A stretch of DNA of 64,000 nt from positions 5,712-69,711 of the forward strand of contig CADBDH010000007.1 in assembly GCA_902793405.1 (NCBI GenBank), given 5' to 3'. A program made the translations under genes and the position numbers. Shown here in pieces: positions 8,918-18,558 of this stretch. The notes beneath the pieces were generated by a model that was given only the letters and a program-made list of their open reading frames with translations, had not been told where the DNA came from and ran no database searches. The DNA is from an uncultured Bacteroidales bacterium. Its GTDB lineage: Bacteria > Bacteroidota > Bacteroidia > Bacteroidales > Muribaculaceae. The first letter of the stretch is position 1; the number at the start of each line of letters is the position of its first letter.

Positions 8918-10006
8918 ATGAAGCACGTTTTACTCATGGCAGTGCTGGCGAGCATGATGCTCGTCTCCTGTGTTCAGAACAAACAAAGTGAAGAGAATAT
9001 GAATACGACATTGAATTTGACTCAAGAATGGGACAAAACCTTCCCCAAGAGTGACAAGGTAAACCACAAGAAGGTGACATTTAAGAACCGCTACGGCATT
9101 GAGCTGGCGGCCGACATGTACATGCCCAAGGATGCCGAGGGCAAACTCCCTGCAATCGCCGTGAGCGGACCGTTTGGCGCGGTGAAGGAGCAGTGCAGTG
9201 GCCTCTATGCCCAGCACATGGCCGAGCGTGGGTTCATCACCATCGCCTTCGACCCCTCGTTTACTGGCGAGAGCGGTGGCGAGCCTCGTCGCGTGGCATC
9301 GCCCGATATCAACACCGAGGATTTCCTGGCTGCCGTCGATTTCCTCTCGGTGCAGGACAATGTAGACCCCGAGCGCATTGGCATCATCGGCATTTGCGGC
9401 TGGGGCGGAATGGCAGTCAACGCTGCTGCCCTCGACACGCGCATCAAGGCGACCGTGGCCTCGACGATGTACAACATGAGCCATATCAACGCTTGTGGCT
9501 ATTTTGATAGCGAGGACTCGAAAGAGCAGCGCATGGAAAAACGTCGCGCCCTTGCGGCACAACGCACCGAGGACTTCCGCACTGGGACCAACAAGCGTGC
9601 CGGCGGCGTTGTTGACCCCCTGCCCGAGGATGCGCCCTTCTTTGTAAAAGACTACTATGATTACTACAAGACCAAGCGCGGTTACCACGAGCGCAGCGGC
9701 AACAGCACCGATGGCTGGAACGTGACCGGCTGCCAGTCGTTCCTCAACCAGCCCATTCTGGCCTATGCCGACGAGATCGAGTCGCCGCTCCTGCTCATCC
9801 ACGGTGAGAAAGCGCACAGCCGCTACTTCAGCGAGATGGCTTTTGAGAAGATGACGGGCACCAAGCCCAACGGCAAGAGCATGACTGTGGGCAACAAGGA
9901 ACTGCTGATCATTCCTGATGCCGTCCACACCGACCTCTATGATGACAAGAACGGTAAGATTCCCTACGATAAACTGGAGCAGTTCTTCAAGGATAATCTG
10001 AAGTGA
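8918..10006 (+). CDS. Alpha/beta hydrolase (YcjY-like, Cys nucleophile), lipoprotein
   Basis: Lipobox ending LVSC. Motifs SGPFGAVKEQ, GICGWGG nucleophile elbow, LLIHGE and HTDLYD. Confidence 0.88.
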   Translation: MKHVLLMAVLASMMLVSCVQNKQSEENMNTTLNLTQEWDKTFPKSDKVNHKKVTFKNRYGIELAADMYMPKDAEGKLPAIAVSGPFGAVKEQCSGLYAQHMAERGFITIAFDPSFTGESGGEPRRVASPDINTEDFLAAVDFLSVQDNVDPERIGIIGICGWGGMAVNAAALDTRIKATVASTMYNMSHINACGYFDSEDSKEQRMEKRRALAAQRTEDFRTGTNKRAGGVVDPLPEDAPFFVKDYYDYYKTKRGYHERSGNSTDGWNVTGCQSFLNQPILAYADEIESPLLLIHGEKAHSRYFSEMAFEKMTGTKPNGKSMTVGNKELLIIPDAVHTDLYDDKNGKIPYDKLEQFFKDNLK

Positions 10007-10026
10007 TTTTGATAAAATGCTGTAAT

Positions 10027-10069
10027 GCCCGCATGGCTCGAATCCGTCGGCCATGCGGGCTGTTTTTTT
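10027..10069 (+). terminator. Intrinsic terminator
   Basis: Stem GCCCGCATGGC...GCCATGCGGGC followed by a T-run. Confidence 0.85.
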
Positions 10070-10210
10070 GCATTTGGCCATTCCCCCGTTTTCATGTAAG
10101 ATAACAGGAAGAATTAGAAAAAATCGGGCGGCATGGAAGCCTTTTTGGGCGAAAATGATTATCTTTGCAGATTAGACAGACATAAATCCAGCAAACTATT
10201 TTGTAATCCG

Positions 10211-12043
10211 ATGAGTGACAAGTATATTGTTTCGGCGCGTAAGTACAGACCCTCGACGTTTCGCAGCGTGGTGGGGCAGCAGTCGTTGACCCACACGTTG
10301 AAAACGGCCATTGCCAGCGGCAGGCTGGCGCACGCTTACCTCTTCTGCGGTCCGCGCGGTGTGGGCAAGACGACCTGCGCCCGCATCTTTGCCAAGACCA
10401 TCAACTGCGAGCACCCCACGCCTGAGGGTGAGGCCTGTAACGAGTGCGCATCGTGCAAGGCGTTCAACGACCAGCGCTCCTACAACATCAATGAGCTGGA
10501 TGCCGCGTCCAACAACAGCGTGGACAACATCCGCGACTTGACCGAGCAGGTGCGCATCCCGCCGCAAACGGGCCGTTACCGCGTCTTCATCATCGACGAG
10601 GTGCACATGCTGTCACAGGCCGCCTTCAACGCCTTCCTCAAGACGCTGGAGGAGCCGCCCGAATATGCCATCTTCATCCTTGCCACCACCGAGAAGCAGA
10701 AGGTCATCCCCACCATTCTGTCGCGTTGCCAGATTTATGACTTTGCCCGCATCACCGTGCCCGACATCGTGCAGCAGCTGCAATATGTGTGTGAGCAGGA
10801 GAGTATCGAGGCCGAGCCTGCCGCGCTCAACGTCATTGCCCAAAAGGCCGACGGTGCCATGCGCGACGCGCTCTCCATCTTTGACCAGGTAGCCGCCTCG
10901 ACCCAGGGGCACATCACCTATCAGAGCGCGCTCGACAACCTCAATGTGCTCGATTATGACTATTACTTCAGGCTTGTGGACACGTTCCTAGCCGGTGACG
11001 TCATGCAGGCGCTTCTCATCTACAAGGAGATCCGCGACAAGGGTTTTGACTCCCAATTCTTCATCAACGGCCTGGCACAGCACCTGCGCGACCTGATGGT
11101 CGCCAGCACGCCGCAGACGCGCAAACTGCTGGAGATGAACGACGAGGTAGCGTTGCGCTATGGCGAACAGAGCACCAAGCTGGCTCCCGCCTTCTATTAT
11201 CGGGCGCTGGACCTGTGCAACAGTTGTGACCTGAATTACCGCAATGCCAGCAGCAAGCAGCTGCTGGTGGAATTGACGCTTGTCAAATTATGTCAACTGG
11301 TGGTCGCCCCACAGCCTCAACAGGCGGCAACGCCACCCATCCAGAAGATTTCCGCACAGCCAGCGGCCAGGCCCGCCCAGCAGGCGCCTCCTGCCCAGGC
11401 GGCCCCCACGGCTCAGGCTCAGCAGCGTCCTGCTCCCGGCAGTCCGGTTCCACAGGCCCCTCATCCTGCCGAGCAGGCTCCTCATCCCGCCCAGGCGGCA
11501 CAGCAGGTCCGTCAGCCTTCGGTGCCCGCACCGGCTCCCGCTCCCGCATCACCGGTGGCTGGCCGCCCTATGCGTCAAGCCCTGGGCAATACGCCCCGCA
11601 TCATGGTCAATGCGTCCAATCCCGCAGCGGCCCCGCAACAGCAGGCAGCGACCGCAGCCGGAGTCCCGCAACGCACTCAGCCCTTCACCATCGAGCAGTT
11701 GCATGACGCATGGCACGGCTACATCGACCAGCACCCGCAGGAACGGGCCTTGTGCACGACGATGTCTTACGCCTTGCCGCAGCCGGGCAATGCGCCTGAG
11801 CATTATGTGATGGTTGTGGGTAGCCCTACCGAGCAGAAGAACGTCGAGGAACACAAGGCGGCCTTGGTGCAGTTCCTGTGCAATGCGCTCAAGAACGACC
11901 GCTTCACCCTCGACATCAACGTGAGCGACGTGCCTATCGATACCCCCAAAATCCTGTCACCCCGCGAGGTGGTTGAGCAGATCAAGCAGCACAATCCCAA
12001 TTTTACCCAGTTCTTGAAAGACTTCGACCTGGGCCTCGCATGA
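10211..12043 (+). CDS. dnaX: DNA polymerase III subunit gamma/tau
   Basis: Motifs ARKYRP, GPRGVGKTT, ELDAAS, DEVHML, SRC and DGAMRDA. Start placed at ATG 10211 because a -7 box lies at 10160-10167, inside the longer ORF. Confidence 0.96.
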   Translation: MSDKYIVSARKYRPSTFRSVVGQQSLTHTLKTAIASGRLAHAYLFCGPRGVGKTTCARIFAKTINCEHPTPEGEACNECASCKAFNDQRSYNINELDAASNNSVDNIRDLTEQVRIPPQTGRYRVFIIDEVHMLSQAAFNAFLKTLEEPPEYAIFILATTEKQKVIPTILSRCQIYDFARITVPDIVQQLQYVCEQESIEAEPAALNVIAQKADGAMRDALSIFDQVAASTQGHITYQSALDNLNVLDYDYYFRLVDTFLAGDVMQALLIYKEIRDKGFDSQFFINGLAQHLRDLMVASTPQTRKLLEMNDEVALRYGEQSTKLAPAFYYRALDLCNSCDLNYRNASSKQLLVELTLVKLCQLVVAPQPQQAATPPIQKISAQPAARPAQQAPPAQAAPTAQAQQRPAPGSPVPQAPHPAEQAPHPAQAAQQVRQPSVPAPAPAPASPVAGRPMRQALGNTPRIMVNASNPAAAPQQQAATAAGVPQRTQPFTIEQLHDAWHGYIDQHPQERALCTTMSYALPQPGNAPEHYVMVVGSPTEQKNVEEHKAALVQFLCNALKNDRFTLDINVSDVPIDTPKILSPREVVEQIKQHNPNFTQFLKDFDLGLA

Positions 12044-12061
12044 TGGCGTTAAATCGCCCGT

Positions 12062-13993
12062 TTATTGGAGTGAACTGATGCTTGCGGCCTTGACCGTAAA
12101 GAAGTTATCACTATTGTTTCTCAACAGATTGTACTCGCCGTGGTTGCCCCATGGTGCGGGCTTGTCCTCGATGGCGGTGTCCTCGCCCGTGTCGTTGTCG
12201 ACATAGGGCTCGATGCGTTGCTGCCACGAGCGGATGCGGGCCTGGGACGAAGCGCGGTCCATCAGCGCATTCTTGGCATCAATCAGTTCTTTAAGGTAGG
12301 CAACATATTTCACCTTGAATTCATTGAACCGGAGTATCCTGGCAATCAGGCGGTTGTTGTCGTTACCCCACTTGAGCGGATTCTGCCGGCCTGCATCGTC
12401 CTGCACGCCGCAGCGCAGGCTCGTGCCCAGCGTGTTGTCGTAGTCGTAGGGGATGAAGTAGAACTTGTAGCCGGTCAAGCCCTTGCCATTGAAGTAGATG
12501 TAGTAGTTGTTGGCGTTGTTCCAATAGTCGTCCCACATGCCCACGGCAACATTGACGGCATAGGTCTTGAGCAACAGGTCCACATCGGTCACTTCTTGAA
12601 TCCAGGTGTAGAATTCGCTGTCGCTCAAGTTGGTGAGCTTGTTCATGAAGTCCACGAGCTGGACGCGGGCGCTGTCAAAGTCGCCCGTCTCGGTCTCCAG
12701 CGTGTAGGCATGGCGGTCATCGGTATCGTCGTCATACCAGATGTCGCCGTTGGGGTTGTTAAGGCCGGCAGCCGAATTTCGGCATTTCCACAGGAAGCCG
12801 TTGCTGGCGCCGAAGCTGTTCTTGCGGTCCTTGAGGTAACGCTTGTCGATGGGCTCAAGCAGTTCATACACACCGTAGTAGGCCTCCTGGCTGTCGCCCT
12901 CGACGTGGATCCACAAGCGGCAATAGTTGTCGCGGACGGCGGTCCACACGCCGGCACGGCGGAAGAGTTCGTAGCAGAACATCTCGCGTACATAGGCTGG
13001 ATCGTCCTTGAACCACTTGAGGTGCAGTTTGCGCACGCCCTGGATGGTGTGGTCCTCATCGTCGACATATTTGCGCAGATTCACCCCGAAGTGGGCGTGA
13101 TGCCAGTCGGTGTTGTCGTGCTGGTGCTGCTGCCCGTTCCATCCCTCGGGACGGCGGCGTGAGGTGTTGCCCTTGATGCGCAGGCCCACGTTGTCGATGA
13201 CGGTGGTCTCGCCATCCTTGACGAAGGTGACTGTTGCGGCGACATATTGGGTCGTGAAGCTGTTGGCATCATAGAGGGCCAGCAGGCGGTTCCACTCGTC
13301 GAGGCTCACACTCAGGTGTACCTCGGGGATGGCCTTATCGTCCCACACATAGTCGTAGCCCTCCTTGACAGGTTCGGGAAGGTATCCGCCCAGCAGGTAG
13401 TCAATGATGGCATTGATGTCGGCAATGTTGACTTCGGTGTCGTAGTTGACATCGCTGCGGTGGCGTGTGTCATAGTTGGCAAAACCGCCCAAGATGATGT
13501 CAATCAGTTTGTTGACGTCTGCAATATTGACTTCACCGTCACCATTCACATCGCCTACCTCGAGCGTAAACGGGTCGGGCATTGGCGGCTCCTGGTACTC
13601 ATCGATGCCGAAGGTGAGATGCGTCAGGTCGAAGGTGAACACATAGTCCTTGCCGCTGCCTGTGAACTTGTAGGAGTGGTTATTGTTGCTCTTTTGGGTG
13701 GTATAGGTGTTGCCGGCGGCAACTTCCTGGCTGCCGCCCGTGGGGCCGTAGCGGTAGTTGGCGTTAAAGACGTTCCAGTCGCTGCTCAGCCCGTCGGCAA
13801 ACACAAACCACACCGTGCCGCTGATGTTGGCGGTCAATGTGTAGGTGCCATTGCCCAGGTCGGTCATTTCGACTCCTCGGCCGGGATTCCAGTCGCCAAA
13901 GGGGGTGTTGCCCACCATATAGATGGCTGCCCGTGCCGGCAGCGCTGCCAGCACGAGAGCCAAAATTGTCATCAGATTGTATAATCTATTCAT
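12062..13993 (-). CDS. Secreted CotH-family kinase with N-terminal SusE/F-like carbohydrate-binding domain and dockerin-like module
   Basis: Signal peptide. N-terminal YMVG...GDW...NGTY beta domain. Duplicated DVNxDxEVNIAD. CotH motifs GLRIKGNTSR, YGVYELLEPID and FIPYDYDNTLG. Confidence 0.8.
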   Translation of the reverse strand: MNRLYNLMTILALVLAALPARAAIYMVGNTPFGDWNPGRGVEMTDLGNGTYTLTANISGTVWFVFADGLSSDWNVFNANYRYGPTGGSQEVAAGNTYTTQKSNNNHSYKFTGSGKDYVFTFDLTHLTFGIDEYQEPPMPDPFTLEVGDVNGDGEVNIADVNKLIDIILGGFANYDTRHRSDVNYDTEVNIADINAIIDYLLGGYLPEPVKEGYDYVWDDKAIPEVHLSVSLDEWNRLLALYDANSFTTQYVAATVTFVKDGETTVIDNVGLRIKGNTSRRRPEGWNGQQHQHDNTDWHHAHFGVNLRKYVDDEDHTIQGVRKLHLKWFKDDPAYVREMFCYELFRRAGVWTAVRDNYCRLWIHVEGDSQEAYYGVYELLEPIDKRYLKDRKNSFGASNGFLWKCRNSAAGLNNPNGDIWYDDDTDDRHAYTLETETGDFDSARVQLVDFMNKLTNLSDSEFYTWIQEVTDVDLLLKTYAVNVAVGMWDDYWNNANNYYIYFNGKGLTGYKFYFIPYDYDNTLGTSLRCGVQDDAGRQNPLKWGNDNNRLIARILRFNEFKVKYVAYLKELIDAKNALMDRASSQARIRSWQQRIEPYVDNDTGEDTAIEDKPAPWGNHGEYNLLRNNSDNFFTVKAASISSLQ

Positions 13994-14041
13994 CTTGAAT
14001 TTTGGTTGTTTTCAATGGGCTATAGCCTTTATAGCCTATAG

Positions 14042-14557
14042 TTATTCCTCGTACCACGTGGAGTACATGAGGTAGTTCTTGGCGATTTTCACGTTGATTT
14101 CGCTGGCCTGCTTGGGGTCGACCATCTTCTTGAACTTCGCCGGGCTGCCTGCCCACAGCTCGTGGGGGCCCACCTTGGTGCCGCCCAGCACGACGCTGCC
14201 GGCAGCGATGATGGCGCCCTCGCCGATTTCGGCATGGTCCAGAATGATGCTGCCCATGCCGATGAGGGCCATGTCACCGATTTTGGCCCCGTGCACGACC
14301 ACGTTGTGACCGATGGACACGTCGTTGCCGATTTCGGTGACCGATTTCTCATACAGGGTGTGTATCACGCTGTTGTCCTGGATGTTGACACGGTTGCCGA
14401 TGGTGATGGTGTTCACATCGCCGCGCAGCACGGCATTAAACCAGATGCTGCAGTCCTTACCCATGGTCACATCGCCCACAACGACGGCGTTGTCGGCCAG
14501 GAAACAGTTTTCTCCAATCTTGGGTTCAAAACCCCTTACTTTCTTGATGATAGCCAT
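14042..14557 (-). CDS. Gamma-class carbonic anhydrase family protein (hexapeptide repeat)
   Basis: WFNAVLRGDVNTITIGNRVNIQDNSVIH and GHNVVVHG. Confidence 0.92.
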   Translation of the reverse strand: MAIIKKVRGFEPKIGENCFLADNAVVVGDVTMGKDCSIWFNAVLRGDVNTITIGNRVNIQDNSVIHTLYEKSVTEIGNDVSIGHNVVVHGAKIGDMALIGMGSIILDHAEIGEGAIIAAGSVVLGGTKVGPHELWAGSPAKFKKMVDPKQASEINVKIAKNYLMYSTWYEE

Positions 14558-14558
14558 T

Positions 14559-14607
14559 ATTTAGTCCTTAGTTTTTAGTCCTTAGTTTTTAGTTCTTAGT
14601 TGTTAGT
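14559..14607. repeat. Heptamer tandem array (NNTTAGT x7; ACTAANN on the coding strand)
   Basis: ATTTAGT CCTTAGT TTTTAGT CCTTAGT TTTTAGT TCTTAGT TGTTAGT. It fills most of the spacer and ends 1 nt from the downstream ATG. Confidence 0.9.
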
Positions 14608-14614
14608 TGTTATG

Positions 14615-16396
14615 TTAGATTTCTTGGGTTTTGGCTGCGAGCCATGCGGCCTCGTCGGCATTGAGCAGCGGGGTGATGCGCTCGCGCACCATGCGGTGGT
14701 AGTCGTTGATTTGTGCCACTTCTTCACCGGTGAGCATCGAGCGGTCGATGAGTTGCAGGTCATAGGGGAAGAGCGTCAGCGGCTCGAAGGCCAGGAAATT
14801 GCCGAATTCCTCGGTCTTTTCGGCCTCGATGACAAGCAACAGGTTCTCGGTGCGGATGCCGTATTCGCCGGTCTTGTACAGGCCGGGTTCGTTGCTCAGG
14901 ATCATACCGGGAACGAGTTTGACGTCAACCAGATTGGTGCGGATGCTTTGCGGGCCCTCATGGCAGCCCAGGAAGTGGCCCACGCCGTGACCCGTGCCGT
15001 GGCCGTAGGTCATGGCCTCTTGCCACAGCGGCAGGCGTGCGAGCACGTCGAGCTGGCAGCCGGTAGTGCCCACGGGGAACTTGGCGCGTTGCAGGGCCAG
15101 GTGTCCCTTGAGCACGAGGGTGAAGTCATGCTTCTCCTGTGCAGTGGGGTTGCCCAGGGTGATGGTGCGGGTGATGTCGGTGGTGCCGTCCAGGAATTGT
15201 GCACCGCTGTCCACGAGCAGGATGCCCTCGCCGTGCAGCGTCGAGGCGCTCTCGTCGGTGGCCTCATAGTGCACGATGGCGCCATGCTCCTTGTAGCCGC
15301 ATATCATGGCAAAGCTGTCCTCGCGGTACAGGTCTTGCTGGGCGCGGAATTCCATGCCCTTGTTCCACACGTCCACCTCGTTGATGCTGCCCTCGGGCGC
15401 TTTTTCCTCAATCCACTTGAACAGGCGCACCAGGGCTGCTCCATCGCGCTCCATCGCGTGGCGGAAGCCCTCGATCTGCACCTCGTTCTTCATGCACTTC
15501 AGGTCGGTGATGGGCGAGCGGAAGTAAATCTTCTGGCAGGGCAGGGCATTGGCCAGCGTGTCGCTCACGATGTTGGGGTCGATGAGGACTACCTCGTGCT
15601 CGCTCACGCGTTCCAGGAAGTGCACGATATCGTCATAGTTGCGCACCCTCACGCCACAGTTCTTGAGATGCTGGCGCACCTCATCGGTAATCTTGTTCTC
15701 GTCGATAAACAGTTCCTTGTTGTTGCGCGAGATGTAGGCAAAGGCGATGGCGACAGGGGTGAATGCCACATCGTTGCCACGCAGGTTGAGCAACCAGGCG
15801 ATATCGTCAAGGGCGGTGACAAGCATAGCCGTGGCATCGTTGTTCTCCAGCACGGTGAGCAGGCGCTCTATCTTGTCGGTGGCTTCCTCGCCGGCATATT
15901 TCACATCGTGGACATATGCGGGCTCGCTGGGACGGGCAGGGCGGTCGGTCCAGATTTTGTCGGCGGGATAGAACTCGGTGGCGAGCATGAAACCGTTCTC
16001 GCCGCAGAAGCGCTCCAGCTGGTTGGCGTCCTGGGCGCTATAGAGCCTGCCGTCGATGGCGATGACAGAGTCTTCGTCGAGTACCTGAAGCAGCCACTCG
16101 TGGATAGTGGGGTCATTACCCATGTTCTCCTTCATCATCACAAAGCCGCTGTCCTCGAGTTCGATGCCTGCTTGCAGGAAGTAGCGTGAGTCGGTCCACA
16201 GGGCGGCATGGTCAAGGGTCACAACGGCGGTGCCGTTGCTGCCCGTGAAGCCGCACAGCCAGTCACGGAACTTCCAGTGGTCACAGATGTATTCACTATG
16301 GTGGGGGTCGGTGCCGGGAATGATGACGGCATCGACATTCAAGCGGCGCATCTCCTCGCGCAGCGCCTCAAGATGAGGAAAAGTCTCTCTACTCAT
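14615..16396 (-). CDS. Xaa-Pro aminopeptidase (peptidase M24B)
   Basis: DSGAQFLDGTTDITRT, GHGTGHGVG, HEGP, SNEPGLY and GIRTEN, preceded by creatinase-like N-terminal domains. Confidence 0.93.
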   Translation of the reverse strand: MSRETFPHLEALREEMRRLNVDAVIIPGTDPHHSEYICDHWKFRDWLCGFTGSNGTAVVTLDHAALWTDSRYFLQAGIELEDSGFVMMKENMGNDPTIHEWLLQVLDEDSVIAIDGRLYSAQDANQLERFCGENGFMLATEFYPADKIWTDRPARPSEPAYVHDVKYAGEEATDKIERLLTVLENNDATAMLVTALDDIAWLLNLRGNDVAFTPVAIAFAYISRNNKELFIDENKITDEVRQHLKNCGVRVRNYDDIVHFLERVSEHEVVLIDPNIVSDTLANALPCQKIYFRSPITDLKCMKNEVQIEGFRHAMERDGAALVRLFKWIEEKAPEGSINEVDVWNKGMEFRAQQDLYREDSFAMICGYKEHGAIVHYEATDESASTLHGEGILLVDSGAQFLDGTTDITRTITLGNPTAQEKHDFTLVLKGHLALQRAKFPVGTTGCQLDVLARLPLWQEAMTYGHGTGHGVGHFLGCHEGPQSIRTNLVDVKLVPGMILSNEPGLYKTGEYGIRTENLLLVIEAEKTEEFGNFLAFEPLTLFPYDLQLIDRSMLTGEEVAQINDYHRMVRERITPLLNADEAAWLAAKTQEI

Positions 16397-16548
16397 TGTC
16401 TATATTTGTTTTATCGTTAGAATTCAGATTACTGACCTGCAAAGTTACAATTTTATCATTAAAGATAACGATGCCAGGTGATTTTTTTCCCGCATCTGAA
16501 CACATTGAACAGATGCGGGAAAAGAATGGCTGATATGATCTTTGGCAG

Positions 16549-18009
16549 TTATTCGTTACTGAAGATGGGTGTACCGATGCAGCCGTTGGGCGACTGGATG
16601 TGCAGCATGGCGCACACGGTGGCGGCAATGTCGGTCATGTGGGTGAGGCGTGAGGTCTCGCCGGGGGTGACGTGCCATCCCATAAAGATGAGGGGGATGT
16701 GGCTGTCGCTCTGGCTCCAGGTGCCGTGGTTCGACCCTGCCTCCTCCTTCTTGCCGGCATACACGCCCGTTCGGGGCACGATGTAGATTTCGCCGCTGCG
16801 TCCTGGGAAGTAGCCCAGCTTGATGCGCTCCTTGAGGATAGTGGGGATGGGGTAGGAGTCGATATTGGCGACATCGATGGCCCACTGGATCTCGTCGGGC
16901 AGCTCGAGTGCCTGGCATGCGGCACGCATCACCACGTCATAATCCAGGCGGTTGCTGGCGATAGCCTCGTGGTTGAGGTAGAAGGTGTATTCCATCTGTT
17001 CCTTGAGCAGCCCTTTCACGCCGAACTGCTTCTCCAGCACTTCGTTGGCGGCGACGAGGGCGTCAGGGTGATACCAGGTGGCGCTGGGCAGGCCATGTTC
17101 CGTCATGCGGGGATAGCTGTGGGTGCCGCCGTGGTCGGCCGAGAGGAACAGCAGATAGTTGTCGCGGCCGATGCGCTGGTCCAAAACCTCGATGAAATGG
17201 GCGATTTCCTTATCCAGCTGCATGTAGATGGAGTCCACCTTGGGCGAGTGGGTGCCATAGTAGTGCGAGCACATGTCGGTGTTAGACACACTGATGGCCA
17301 GCAGGTCGGTTGCCTCGCCTTGGCCCAGTTTCTCGTTGATGAGGGCCTGCTCGGCCAGGGCAAACGTCAGCGTTGTGCCCACGGGCGTATTATAGACGTC
17401 GCTGGCGATTTCGTCGTGGTGTTTCTTATTGAAGTCGGCAACCCAACGGGGCAATTTGTTCATGTAATAGGTACTGGTGACAAACGATGCGCTGCCCTTG
17501 TCATACCAGTAGGCGCCCACGGGATGATGCCCTGCGGGCAGGATGGCAGCGCGGTCCTTGAGGGCGATGCCCACGGCACGGCTCTTGAAATTGGTGGCCA
17601 GTTGCAGCTGGTCGGCGATGGTGGTGGTGATGAGGTTGCGGGGCGATTTGCCGCGGGTCTTGTCGTTGCCGCCCACGCTGCGTTCGCTGTCGTCCTGCAC
17701 ACTCGTCACATTCTTACCGTTAAGCATGAAGTTGTTGCCCGCGATGCCGTGGATGGCGGGCGTCGTACCCGTGTAGATGCTGGCATGGCCGGCGGCCGTC
17801 ACCGTCGGCACATAGTCGATGATCGTGTTATTGCACAGGTAACCGTCCTGGAGCAGGGTCTTGAAGCCCCCCTCGCCCCACTGGTAATTATAGAGGTAGT
17901 CCCACCTCATCTGGTCCACAACCAGGCCCACAACCAACTTGGGCCTACTGGGCTGCGCACTGGCACACAACGCCACCACAGCCATCACAACAACAAAAAT
18001 TCTCTTCAT
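16549..18009 (-). CDS. Alkaline phosphatase family protein (PafA-type)
   Basis: Signal peptide. VVGLVVDQMRWDYL, PTVTAAGHAS (Thr nucleophile), SADHG and HG motifs. Confidence 0.88.
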   Translation of the reverse strand: MKRIFVVVMAVVALCASAQPSRPKLVVGLVVDQMRWDYLYNYQWGEGGFKTLLQDGYLCNNTIIDYVPTVTAAGHASIYTGTTPAIHGIAGNNFMLNGKNVTSVQDDSERSVGGNDKTRGKSPRNLITTTIADQLQLATNFKSRAVGIALKDRAAILPAGHHPVGAYWYDKGSASFVTSTYYMNKLPRWVADFNKKHHDEIASDVYNTPVGTTLTFALAEQALINEKLGQGEATDLLAISVSNTDMCSHYYGTHSPKVDSIYMQLDKEIAHFIEVLDQRIGRDNYLLFLSADHGGTHSYPRMTEHGLPSATWYHPDALVAANEVLEKQFGVKGLLKEQMEYTFYLNHEAIASNRLDYDVVMRAACQALELPDEIQWAIDVANIDSYPIPTILKERIKLGYFPGRSGEIYIVPRTGVYAGKKEEAGSNHGTWSQSDSHIPLIFMGWHVTPGETSRLTHMTDIAATVCAMLHIQSPNGCIGTPIFSNE

Positions 18010-18050
18010 AAAACAACTAATATTTTTGATTTCTATTCAATTGCGCATTA

Positions 18051-18080
18051 TTTAAAGACAACTTGAACAACTCTAACAAC
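18051..18080 (+). repeat. Left arm of 30-bp inverted repeat flanking GxxExxY (built from ACAACT-core nonamers)
   Basis: TTTAAAGACAACTTGAACAACTCTAACAAC matches the reverse complement of 18559-18588 at 28/30. Confidence 0.9.
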
Positions 18081-18082
18081 TT

Positions 18083-18541
18083 TTATAAATATTGCCGTGT
18101 TCTTCTTGCCTTTAAATCACATATAATCTTGCCGTCAATACCAACGATACGGTTGTTCTCCTTGTCATACAGGTACCGTTCAAGCTCATAGTTTCTAGGA
18201 GCAAAATTCACCAGAATACCACATGGCTTCTTGAGCAAGCGCATATAGTTGAATAATTGGGCTCGATGGCCTGAAATCAGCTCGCTCACTGATTTACACT
18301 CAACAATAATTTCCTCTTTGCACAGGAAATCAATTCTAAATAGTGCCTCCATGGCTTGCTTGTGGTAGAATGGATGGAATGACTGTTCTCTAAGGTACGG
18401 AATTCCTTGTTCTTTCAGTTGGATTTCAAGGCCTTCTTGATAGCAAGACTCATTCAATCCGGGTCCTAACTCGCAATGAACTTCATGGATTGCCCCGATA
18501 ACATCATATATGCATTTTTTATAGTATTCAACGTCAATCAT
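18083..18541 (-). CDS. GxxExxY family protein (PD-(D/E)XK-like fold)
   Basis: LGPGLNESCYQE (GxxExxY), FRIDFLC, IIVECKSV and HRAQLFNYM...GILVNF. Visibly AT-rich compared with its neighbours. Confidence 0.92.
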   Translation of the reverse strand: MIDVEYYKKCIYDVIGAIHEVHCELGPGLNESCYQEGLEIQLKEQGIPYLREQSFHPFYHKQAMEALFRIDFLCKEEIIVECKSVSELISGHRAQLFNYMRLLKKPCGILVNFAPRNYELERYLYDKENNRIVGIDGKIICDLKARRTRQYL

Positions 18542-18558
18542 TTTTTTATGGCTAAAAT

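Noticed and set aside
10133-10210. Upstream extensions in the ORF track (also 23105, 32892, 37036, 37069, 52533, 52792, 55520, 61529)
   Set aside because: The extensions run through AT-rich promoter regions with -7 boxes or lack homology-like content. Downstream ATGs give canonical N-termini.
10211-12043. Programmed frameshift or transcriptional slippage in dnaX
   Set aside because: No A-AAA-AAG heptamer, long poly-A run or stimulatory hairpin with an out-of-frame stop was seen.
14017-14041. TATAGCC-like mini-repeat between the gamma-CA and CotH genes
   Set aside because: Only about three irregularly spaced units, too weak to count as an array.
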